Source: Deltaproteobacteria bacterium (GTDB lineage Bacteria > Myxococcota_A > Polyangia > Polyangiales > B10-G4). From it: a DNA stretch of 21,129 bases. This document shows positions 1-7,167 of this stretch, one piece after another (positions within the stretch are counted from its first letter, which is position 1; every line of letters starts with the position of its first letter). The stretch covers positions 1 through 21,129 of the forward strand of contig QMMC01000064.1 of NCBI GenBank assembly GCA_003647065.1, written 5' to 3'. The notes below the pieces were generated by a model that had not been told where the DNA came from, did not search any database, and saw nothing but the letters and a program-made list of their open reading frames with translations. A program made the translations under genes and the position numbers.

Positions 1-228
1 GGCCTCCCTGCCCCCGGCGAAGCCCCCGTCCTCGTCCCTCTCTCCAGAGTCCCGGGTGCTCCCGGCGCGTGCGGGCTCTCCCGAAAAGAGACGGCACTCG
101 CCGACGACCGAAACGCTCTCCGGCGCCCCCGGTCCCCGAACGAGATGGCCTCTCTGGCTCGGTGTCTTCGCTCTCGCCACCGCTCTCGCTATCGCGGTGG
201 TGTTCGCCTCGATGTAACGCTCACTCCG

Positions 229-1500
229 TCAAGCCGCCCCGATGCCGCGCGGCTCTTCGCCGTACGCTTCGACGCCGCACTCGGCGACGTCGAGGCCCTC
301 GAACTCGTGCTCTGCCGAGACGCGAATGCCGCCCGGGAGCCGGGCGAGGAGCCACCAGAACGCGGCGCCACTGGTGAAGGCGAAGGCGGCGGCGGCGAGG
401 GCGCCGAGGGCCTGGGTGCCGAGGAGGGCGAGGCCGCCGCCGTGGAAGAGACCGGCCTCGGCACTGAAGAGGCCGACGGCGAGGGTGCCGAAGATGCCGC
501 CCATGCCGTGCACCGGGATGGCGCCGACGGGGTCGTCGATGCGCAGGCGCTCCAAGAGGAAGACGCCTTCGACGGCGATGACGCCACCGATGGCGCCGAC
601 GAGGATCGACTCGACGGGGCCGATGACGTGGCACCCGGCGGTAATGGAGACGAGGCCCGCGAGGACGCCGTTGAGGCCCATCGAGAGGTCGAGCATGCCG
701 GTGCGCAGGCGCGTATGGGTGAGGGCGGCGAGGAAGCCGGCTGCCGCTGACAGGTTGGTGACGAGGATGATCGAGGCGATGGCCTCGGGATGGGCGGCGA
801 GCTCGCTGCCGCCGTTGAAGCCAAACCAGCCGAGCCAGAGGATGAGGACGCCGAGGGCGGCGAGGGGGAAGTTGTGGGCCGGCATGGGGCGCGAGCTGCC
901 GTCCTTGCCGTACTTGCCGAGGCGCGGTCCGATGGCCATCGCGCCGGCGAGGGCGAGACCGGCGCCGACGACGTGGACGACCGTCGACCCTGCGAAGTCT
1001 ACGAAGCCGAGGTCCGCGAGGAAGCCGCCGCCCCAGACCCAGTGGCCGACGATGGGATAGACGACGGCCGAGGCGAAGGCAGTGAAGACGAAGAAGGTGC
1101 CGAGGCGCGCCCGCTCGGCGACGGCGCCGCTGACGATCGTCGCTGCGGTGGCCGCGAAGACGAGCTGGAAGAAGAGGAAGACGTAGAGCGGCAGCCCGTC
1201 CGGGGCCCCCGCCACCGATTCGGTCGCCGCCGGGGCGAAGCCCGAGAGGCCGATGAAGGCGTTGCCCTCGCCGAACATCAAGCCGAAGCCGACGAAGAAG
1301 TAGAGCAGTGATGCGATCGAGACGACCGACACGTTCTTCAGGAGCACCATCACGGCGTTCTTGCGTCGACAGAACCCGCTCTCGACGAGGGCGAAGCCCG
1401 CGTGCATGAAGAATACGAGGAAGGCGCTGAGCAGTACCCAGATGCTGTCGATGATCGTCTCGTCCAAGGAAGTCCTCCGCCGTGGGGCCCTCGGCATCAT
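229..1500 (-). CDS. amt: Ammonium transporter, Amt/MEP/Rh family
   Basis: A 423-aa ORF of about 11 TM helices with typical Amt sequence blocks (SIWVLLSAFLVFFMHAGFALVESG, LAGAMAIGPRLG, FGFNGGS, DDPVGAIPVHGMGGIFGTLAVGLF). An alternative TTG start at 1467 is preceded by GGAGG with a 6-nt spacer; it would give MDETIIDSIW and may be the true start. No glnK/PII gene is adjacent on either side. Confidence 0.9.
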   Translation of the reverse strand: MMPRAPRRRTSLDETIIDSIWVLLSAFLVFFMHAGFALVESGFCRRKNAVMVLLKNVSVVSIASLLYFFVGFGLMFGEGNAFIGLSGFAPAATESVAGAPDGLPLYVFLFFQLVFAATAATIVSGAVAERARLGTFFVFTAFASAVVYPIVGHWVWGGGFLADLGFVDFAGSTVVHVVGAGLALAGAMAIGPRLGKYGKDGSSRPMPAHNFPLAALGVLILWLGWFGFNGGSELAAHPEAIASIILVTNLSAAAGFLAALTHTRLRTGMLDLSMGLNGVLAGLVSITAGCHVIGPVESILVGAIGGVIAVEGVFLLERLRIDDPVGAIPVHGMGGIFGTLAVGLFSAEAGLFHGGGLALLGTQALGALAAAAFAFTSGAAFWWLLARLPGGIRVSAEHEFEGLDVAECGVEAYGEEPRGIGAA

Positions 1501-1581
1501 GGGAAGCGGAGGTTTCGTGAGTGTTTCGGTTGGGCTAATTCCGGGGTTGCCCGGGTCTCTTCCGGGGCGTACTTCTAAGCC

Positions 1582-2301
1582 ATGCGAAACGCGATTGGAG
1601 CAGCGCTCCTCTTGATCGTCGGCTGCGGTGGGGTGCAGTCAGAACCCGCGGCACCGGCCCCCGAGGCCGAACCCGTCGCCGAGGCCGACGCGCCGCCGGC
1701 CTCGGACCGGATGCAGCAGCACTTCACGGACGTCGGAATCGCCCGGGACGCGGTGATTCAGGGCGACCTCGAGGCGGTCCGGGCGCCCCTCGCGCGCATC
1801 GCCGCAGCCGAGTACGGCTTCGACCTGCCCGCCGATTGGCTCCAGTGGGTCGAGGAGATGCAGCAATCGGCCGGGGGCTACGCCGACTCGGCGGACCTCC
1901 TCGCGGCGGCGAACGCGGTCGCGTCGTTGACCGAGAGCTGCGCCGATTGCCATCGAACCACCCTCGGTGGGCCGGCCATCGCCGAGGAGACTGAACCACC
2001 GCACAACGAGGACCTCGTGGGGTGGATGACCACCCACGCCTGGGGCACGGAGCAGCTGTGGATCGGCCTGACAGCGCCCTCCCACGAGGCTTGGGCCCGC
2101 GGCGCGGCCGCGATCATCGGTGACGGGGCCATCTCCGAGGCCGAAGGCATGAACGAAGCCCTCGCGCCCCAACTCGAAGCGGTCCAGGCCCTCGGAGTCC
2201 GAGCCCGGGAGGCCGGGCAGCCCGCGGAGATGGCGGCCGTCTACGCCGAGATCCTCACCAGCTGCGCGGATTGCCACACCGCCCTCGACGGCAGGCGTTA
2301 G
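1582..2301 (+). CDS. Exported lipoprotein, probable di-haem c-type cytochrome
   Basis: The N-terminus MRNAIGAALLLIVGCGG is a signal peptide with a lipobox Cys. There are two CXXCH haem-attachment motifs (ESCADCHRT near residue 120, TSCADCHTA near residue 232). It is divergent from amt with an 81-bp intergenic region. No strong SD is present. Confidence 0.6.
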   Translation: MRNAIGAALLLIVGCGGVQSEPAAPAPEAEPVAEADAPPASDRMQQHFTDVGIARDAVIQGDLEAVRAPLARIAAAEYGFDLPADWLQWVEEMQQSAGGYADSADLLAAANAVASLTESCADCHRTTLGGPAIAEETEPPHNEDLVGWMTTHAWGTEQLWIGLTAPSHEAWARGAAAIIGDGAISEAEGMNEALAPQLEAVQALGVRAREAGQPAEMAAVYAEILTSCADCHTALDGRR

Positions 2302-2372
2302 CGGCGGTCTGCTGTTGCCGAGGATCCGCCCGGCCTTGTAGGGTGCCCATCGTCTCGAACCGAGAGGGAACG

Positions 2373-3602
2373 ATGGGTGACATCAAGATCGACGGGAAGC
2401 GTCTTTGGAACAGCCTGATGGAGATGGCGAAGATCGGCGCGACCGACAAGGGAGGCGTCTGCCGCCTAGCCCTGACGGACGTCGACAAGGAGGCCCGGGA
2501 CCTCTTCGTCCGGTGGTGTGAAGAGGCGGGCTGCAAAGTCACCATCGACCAGATGGGCAACATCTTCGGCCGCCGCGAGGGCAAGAACCCCGACTCGCCG
2601 CCGGTGATGACCGGCAGCCACATCGACAGCCAGCCCACCGGCGGCAAGTACGACGGCATCTACGGGGTCTTGAGCGGCCTCGAAGTGATCCGCGCCCTCA
2701 ACGACGCCGGCGTCGAGACCGAGGCCCCCATCGAGGTGAGCGCCTGGACCAACGAAGAGGGCTCCCGCTTCGCGCCGGCGATGGTGGCGTCGGGGGTCTT
2801 CGCTGGGGTCTTCGACCTCGAATACGGGCTCAGCCGGGCCGACCTCGACGGCAAGACCATGGGCGAGGAGCTCGTGCGCATCGGCTATGCGGGCGAGGTG
2901 CCCATGGGTAAGCCGGTGAAGGCTTTCTTCGAAACCCACATCGAACAAGGCCCGATCCTCGAAGACGAGGACAAGACCATCGGCGTCGTGACCGACGCCC
3001 AGGGGCAGCGCTGGTACGAGTGCACCTTCACCGGCCAGGAGGCCCACGCCGGGCCGACGCCGATGACCACCCGTCGCGATGCCCTCGTCGGAGCGGCTCG
3101 GGTGATCGAAGCGGTCAACCGCATCGGCCTCGCCCACGCGCCTCTCGCCTGCGCGACCGTCGGTCTGGTTCAGGTCTACCCGAACTCACGCAATACGATC
3201 CCCGGTAGCGTCTTCTTCGCCGTGGATCTGCGCCACCCCGATGATGCCACGCTCTCCAAGATGGACGGCGAGCTCCGTGCGGCGATCGAGGAGGTCGCGG
3301 CGGCGGTGAAGCTCGAGACTGCCCTCGAAGAGATTTGGTACTCGCCGCCGGTGCCTTTCGATGGTGAATGCGTCGCCGCCGTGCGCCGCGCGGCGGAAGC
3401 CAACGGCTTCGCTCATCGAAACATCGTTTCAGGCGCTGGGCATGATGCCTGCTACGTCTCGCGGGTCGCGCCCACGTCGATGATCTTCATCCCCTGCGAG
3501 GGCGGCATCAGCCACAACGAGTCCGAGGAGGCCACCCCCGAACACGTGGCTGCGGGGTGCCAGGTGCTCCTCGACGCGATGCTCGAGCGCGCTGGCTCCT
3601 GA
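2373..3602 (+). CDS. M20-family Zn-dependent amidohydrolase (allantoate amidohydrolase / N-carbamoyl-L-amino-acid hydrolase / beta-ureidopropionase type)
   Basis: Family blocks are present: MTGSHIDSQPTGGKYDGIYGVLSGLEVIRAL, WTNEEGSRFAPAMVASGVF and ETHIEQGPILE. The C-terminal dimerisation region has a conserved HNE (ISHNESEEATPE). The six-frame ORF begins at 2271 but overlaps the upstream gene. The ATG at 2373 is preceded by gagaggga and gives a typical N-terminus (MGDIKIDGKRLW). Confidence 0.85.
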   Translation: MGDIKIDGKRLWNSLMEMAKIGATDKGGVCRLALTDVDKEARDLFVRWCEEAGCKVTIDQMGNIFGRREGKNPDSPPVMTGSHIDSQPTGGKYDGIYGVLSGLEVIRALNDAGVETEAPIEVSAWTNEEGSRFAPAMVASGVFAGVFDLEYGLSRADLDGKTMGEELVRIGYAGEVPMGKPVKAFFETHIEQGPILEDEDKTIGVVTDAQGQRWYECTFTGQEAHAGPTPMTTRRDALVGAARVIEAVNRIGLAHAPLACATVGLVQVYPNSRNTIPGSVFFAVDLRHPDDATLSKMDGELRAAIEEVAAAVKLETALEEIWYSPPVPFDGECVAAVRRAAEANGFAHRNIVSGAGHDACYVSRVAPTSMIFIPCEGGISHNESEEATPEHVAAGCQVLLDAMLERAGS

Positions 3603-3628
3603 GCCCGCCGCGGCTGGTTAAACACCAA

Positions 3629-3665
3629 AGCCCGATGCGACCACAGTGGTGGCGCATCGGGCTTC
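3629..3665. terminator. Bidirectional rho-independent terminator between convergent genes
   Basis: Near-perfect inverted repeat aagcccgatgcgaccac-agt-ggtggcgcatcgggctt (about 16-bp stem, 3-nt loop). It is flanked by T-rich runs on both strands (aaacaccaaa upstream, catctttgg downstream). It lies between the amidohydrolase stop (3602) and the minus-strand lipoprotein stop (3732). Confidence 0.6.
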
Positions 3666-3731
3666 ATCTTTGGTCAGCCGTTAGGCCGAGTTGCCGGGGC
3701 TCCGGGGAGCAGCCGGCGTTGGCGTTCGGGG

Positions 3732-4232
3732 TCAGTCAGCGCAGGTCACGGTGATGCCGTGCGTGTGGTCGCCGGCGGACGTGGAGGTCGCCGTCACGGT
3801 GGTGCCGGCGGCGAGATCGGTGAAGTTCGCAGCCGTGATGGTCACGCTGTGACTGTGGGAGCTCGAGCCCATGATGTCGTAGGTCTTCTCGGCGCCGGCC
3901 GTGACGTCCGCAGCCGAAACCGTCATGGCGTGCGAGTGGTTCGAGCCAATCTCTGTGTTCCAGCTGCCGCAGCCGGTGCCGGTATCGCCGGCGGTGCCGG
4001 TGTCGCCGGCGGTGCCGCTGTCGGTGGGCGTGCTGCTGTCGGTGGGCGTGCTGCTGTCGGAGCCCGTGCCGCTGTCGGTGGGCGTGCTGCTGTCGGAGCC
4101 CGTGCCGCTGTCGGTGGGCGTGCCGCTATCGGTGACAGGGTCGTCGTCGCCGCAGCCGATGACTGAGACGAGTCCAACGCCGGCGCCGACCGCAACGAGG
4201 GAGCTAAGAAATTCGCGTCGTGAGTTGATCAT
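3732..4232 (-). CDS. Tat-signal lipoprotein with tandem-repeat linker and C-terminal triple-HxH domain (paralog 1)
   Basis: N-terminus MINSRREFLSSLVAVGAGVGLVSVIGCGDDD carries a twin-arginine motif plus a lipobox Cys. The linker (TPTDSGTGSDSS)n is encoded by 18-nt tandem repeats. The C-terminal ~80 aa (GCGSWNTEIGSNHSHAMTV...SHSHSVTI...DHTHGITVTCAD) has three HxH motifs bounded by two Cys. It is a close paralog of 6574-7104. The six-frame ORF extends to 4349, but the Tat-motif Met at 4232 is the better start. Confidence 0.6.
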   Translation of the reverse strand: MINSRREFLSSLVAVGAGVGLVSVIGCGDDDPVTDSGTPTDSGTGSDSSTPTDSGTGSDSSTPTDSSTPTDSGTAGDTGTAGDTGTGCGSWNTEIGSNHSHAMTVSAADVTAGAEKTYDIMGSSSHSHSVTITAANFTDLAAGTTVTATSTSAGDHTHGITVTCAD

Positions 4233-4382
4233 GGAGCCATTCTTAACGGCATCCGTGCGTTTGTGCACACATAATTGAGCATGGCGATCGAAATTAAGTT
4301 CGGCGCCAATCCCGAAGGCCCGAGATAGACCGTACCAATTTGCGGACAAGGAGAGCGCGGGCCTCGCGGCGGAACGCCGCGT

Positions 4383-6530
4383 CTATTGGCAGACGAAGCG
4401 CTCGTCGGACCGGCTGAAGCGCGTGCGGGTTTCGCATCGCTGGTCGGCGAGGCACTCCGGCTCGGCGGCGTCGCACTGGGCGACGCAGCCGGCGGAGCCG
4501 TCGCCGAGGTCGATGCAGAAGGTCTCGGCGTTGCCGGTCCGGTCCGGGCAGAAGGGCCGCTCGGCGGTGCAGGGCAGGCTGCAGAAGGACGGCCCGCCGG
4601 TCCCTGACGTCGCGCAGTATCCGCCTTCGTAGTCGCAGTCGTTGTCCACGGCGCAGGGGCCGCCGATGAACCCCTCGTTGAACGCCGGGTTCACGTCGGG
4701 GAGGGCGCGGATGAAGGCCTCGATGGTCGCCACCGCGGCCTCGCCGTCTGCTGTGGTGGGCCAGGCGCGAAATACCGGCGGCATGGCGGCGGACCCGACC
4801 GGCGTCAGCTTATTGTAGAGGATGCTGGTCTCCGGCGAGCCCGGCTGGATCAAGCCGCCGAGGGCGAGGAGGTAGCGCAGCTCCGGGTACTCGGAGTCGT
4901 CACCGACGATCTGGAAGCCGTCGTGGCAGCCCTGGCACGACGACGAGCGCAGTACTGAGGAGACCATCGCGTCGTAGAGCCCGCGTAGCTCGGCGTCTTC
5001 GTTGAGCAGGCGCCTATAGGCGGGGTAGACGTCGACTCGGGCGGCCGCGGGGAGCGCGCCCTGGGCTCGGCCGAGGACGAGGATCGAGCGGTTCTTGTCG
5101 TCGGCCATCCAAATCGTCCCGTCCGCTGCGACGTAGGGCGCGACCGGCGCACCCTTGGGGCGCACGTTGGGAACGGCGAACCAAGCGTCGATGAGATACG
5201 AGCCCTGGGCCGCGAAGACAGAGCCCGAGGTCGTCGGATACTCGCGCTCGACCGAGGTGCCGGCGCCGGTTGGGTCTTCGAGGTAGGTCGCGCCCTCTTG
5301 GCGGATCGGCAGGCCGTTCGGGTCGACCTCGAAGGCGAGCAGGCGATGGCCCGCGGGGCGGTAGCCGTGCATCGGGACCAGGAGCTGGCCCTCGAGCTCT
5401 TCGAACATGTCGCCGTGGTAGTAGGTGAGGCCCAGCGGCGCGCCGTGGGGCGGCAAGAGTACGTGGGGCGGTCGGTAATCGGGGTTGTCGATGCTGCACA
5501 GGAACGCGTCGTAGTCCGCCCACTCTTCGCTCGTGCTGTCGACGTCGTAGCAGTAGGGCCAGCCGTAGTGCTTGGGCGGTTCGAGTCCTTCCAGTTCAGC
5601 ACGGGGGATGACGTTCAGCTCCTCGAAGGGGCGTCCGCCATCTGGGAAATCGCGGCCGTTCTCTACCTGGAGCAGGTCGCCGTTGGGCGCGAAGGCGAGG
5701 CCCATCGAGTTGCGCAAGCCGAAGGCGACGACGCGGAAGGTGGGGTCCCATCCGTCGACGACTGAGCCGCGATAGTCGTAGCGCCGAATCACGCCGCCAT
5801 GGTCTTCGGGGCGGGCGGCCGGCGGGCCGCCTCCGAGCACGCCGTCGGCTTCGAGGCACTCGCCCCCGAGGAAGCCCGCGCAGTGGTCCGAGAACGCCCC
5901 GACGTTGAGGTAGAGGTTGCCGACGTCGTCGAAGACGAACTGCGTCAGGGGGTGGTAGCTGTTGCGCGACCCGTTTCGGTCCATCGGCGGCAGGCCGTCG
6001 ACCACCGTGACGATCGCGCTCTCGTCGATGGTGCCATCGGCTCCGACCGCGTCGGCCGGGAACGCGAAGATACGGGTATCCTCGCCGACGAAGATGTGGC
6101 CGTCGGGGCCGACGGCGACCAGGTGCGGCACCGAGAGCCCGCTGAGGACCCGGGTCAGGGTCGAGTTCGGCGGCGTGCTCGCGTCGAGGTAGTAGAGGCC
6201 GCCGCGTCCCGGGTCCCAACCGCCGAGGTCGGTTACTAGAAACTGATACGGGCGCCCCGGGAGCTCGACCAAGGTGCGCGGCGAGAACGTCGTGCCGTCG
6301 TCTCCGGCGACCACACCCGCGCAGGCGTAGTCCGCCGTGTCGACGACCACCCGAGGCCAGCCGCCACAGGTGACGCCGGTCCGCGAATAGTCATCGGCCT
6401 TGCCGGTCGGGAGCGGCGGGAGGTCTTCCCGGCGCTCGGCCACTTCACCGGAGGCGCACGCGCCCACGAGGCCGAGGGCCGAGAGGCCCAGGAGCGCCAG
6501 CGAGAGCAGGATCAAACTTTTGGCATGCAT
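4383..6530 (-). CDS. Lipoprotein: soluble glucose/sorbosone dehydrogenase-like beta-propeller fused to a c-type cytochrome domain and a Cys-rich C-terminal tail
   Basis: Signal peptide plus lipobox (MHAKSLILLSLALLGLSALGLVGAC). SGDH-family blocks are present (HLVAVGPDGHIFVGED, HYGWPYCY, LLPPHGAPLGLTYY, GTIWMADDKNRSILVL). There is a CXXCH haem motif (SSCQGCHDGF) followed by about 90 aa with 14 Cys. The GTG at 6554 is an alternative start; the ATG at 6530 gives a clean signal peptide. Confidence 0.75.
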   Translation of the reverse strand: MHAKSLILLSLALLGLSALGLVGACASGEVAERREDLPPLPTGKADDYSRTGVTCGGWPRVVVDTADYACAGVVAGDDGTTFSPRTLVELPGRPYQFLVTDLGGWDPGRGGLYYLDASTPPNSTLTRVLSGLSVPHLVAVGPDGHIFVGEDTRIFAFPADAVGADGTIDESAIVTVVDGLPPMDRNGSRNSYHPLTQFVFDDVGNLYLNVGAFSDHCAGFLGGECLEADGVLGGGPPAARPEDHGGVIRRYDYRGSVVDGWDPTFRVVAFGLRNSMGLAFAPNGDLLQVENGRDFPDGGRPFEELNVIPRAELEGLEPPKHYGWPYCYDVDSTSEEWADYDAFLCSIDNPDYRPPHVLLPPHGAPLGLTYYHGDMFEELEGQLLVPMHGYRPAGHRLLAFEVDPNGLPIRQEGATYLEDPTGAGTSVEREYPTTSGSVFAAQGSYLIDAWFAVPNVRPKGAPVAPYVAADGTIWMADDKNRSILVLGRAQGALPAAARVDVYPAYRRLLNEDAELRGLYDAMVSSVLRSSSCQGCHDGFQIVGDDSEYPELRYLLALGGLIQPGSPETSILYNKLTPVGSAAMPPVFRAWPTTADGEAAVATIEAFIRALPDVNPAFNEGFIGGPCAVDNDCDYEGGYCATSGTGGPSFCSLPCTAERPFCPDRTGNAETFCIDLGDGSAGCVAQCDAAEPECLADQRCETRTRFSRSDERFVCQ

Positions 6531-6573
6531 GGCCACGAAGCCGTGGCCTAGCACGCCCGGAAGGAGGGCGCGA

Positions 6574-7104
6574 TCAGGCGCCGCACGTCACCATGATCTC
6601 GTGGCGGTGACCGCCACCGCTGGTACCCGTCTGGCTCGAATCCTTCGTCACCGTGCCGCCGCCGGCGAGGGTTGTGAAGTCTCCTGCGTTCAGGCTCACC
6701 GTGTGATTGTGGGTGGCAGTGCCCATGAGGTCGTAGCTCTTGGCGACGCCGGCCGTCACATCCGCTTCCGACACCGTCATCGCGTGCGAGTGGTTCGTGC
6801 CGATGTTCACGGTGACCACCGCGCAGCTCGCCGCCATGGCCCCGTCGCTCGCATCGGCGCCGCCGCCGTCGGTCGCGCCGCCGTCGGTGCCGCCGCCGTC
6901 GGTGCCGCCACCATCTGTGCCGCCGCCGTCTGTGCCGCCGCCGTCGGTGTCGCCACCATCGGTGCCACCTCCGTCGGTGCCGCCACCATCGGTGCCGGTG
7001 TCGGCGGGGGCGTCGTCGTCGCCGCAGCCGATAACCGTGACGAGGCCGACGCCGGCGCCGACCGCGAGAAGGGAGCTAAGGAATTCACGTCGAGTACGAT
7101 TCAT
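6574..7104 (-). CDS. Tat-signal lipoprotein with tandem-repeat linker and C-terminal triple-HxH domain (paralog 2)
   Basis: N-terminus MNRTRREFLSSLLAVGAGVGLVTVIGCGDDD. The linker (GGTDG)n is encoded by 15-nt tandem repeats. The C-terminal domain (SCAVVTVNIGTNHSHAMTV...THNHTVSL...GHRHEIMVTCGA) is collinear with the paralog at 3732-4232. The ORF extends to 7140; the Met at 7104 matches the start of the paralog. Confidence 0.6.
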   Translation of the reverse strand: MNRTRREFLSSLLAVGAGVGLVTVIGCGDDDAPADTGTDGGGTDGGGTDGGDTDGGGTDGGGTDGGGTDGGGTDGGATDGGGADASDGAMAASCAVVTVNIGTNHSHAMTVSEADVTAGVAKSYDLMGTATHNHTVSLNAGDFTTLAGGGTVTKDSSQTGTSGGGHRHEIMVTCGA

Positions 7105-7167
7105 GGCGCAAAGAATAGCCGGATACGGCCCTTCGCGCATCTAATCGGGCACTTCGAGGCCTCCGGG

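Noticed and set aside
189-824. Several long ORFs opposite or overlapping amt (189-824 minus; 145-750 plus; 242-1060 plus; 790-1311 plus), with Ser/Pro/Ala/Arg-rich or Glu/Gly/Asp-rich products
   Set aside because: These are typical spurious alternative-frame ORFs of about 70% GC DNA. They overlap the well-supported Amt CDS and have low-complexity composition with no motifs.
2271-2372. Upstream 34-codon extension of the M20 amidohydrolase ORF
   Set aside because: The extension overlaps the 3' end of the cytochrome lipoprotein gene (stop at 2301). The ATG at 2373 has an SD-like gagaggga, and homology starts there.
4850-6219. ORFs 4850-5602, 5014-5523 and 5596-6219 (minus) and 5298-5765 and 5799-6239 (plus), inside the SGDH-cytochrome gene
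   Set aside because: These are alternate-frame or antisense ORFs with Arg/Pro/Thr-rich composition. The in-frame 723-aa product carries clear SGDH motifs throughout.
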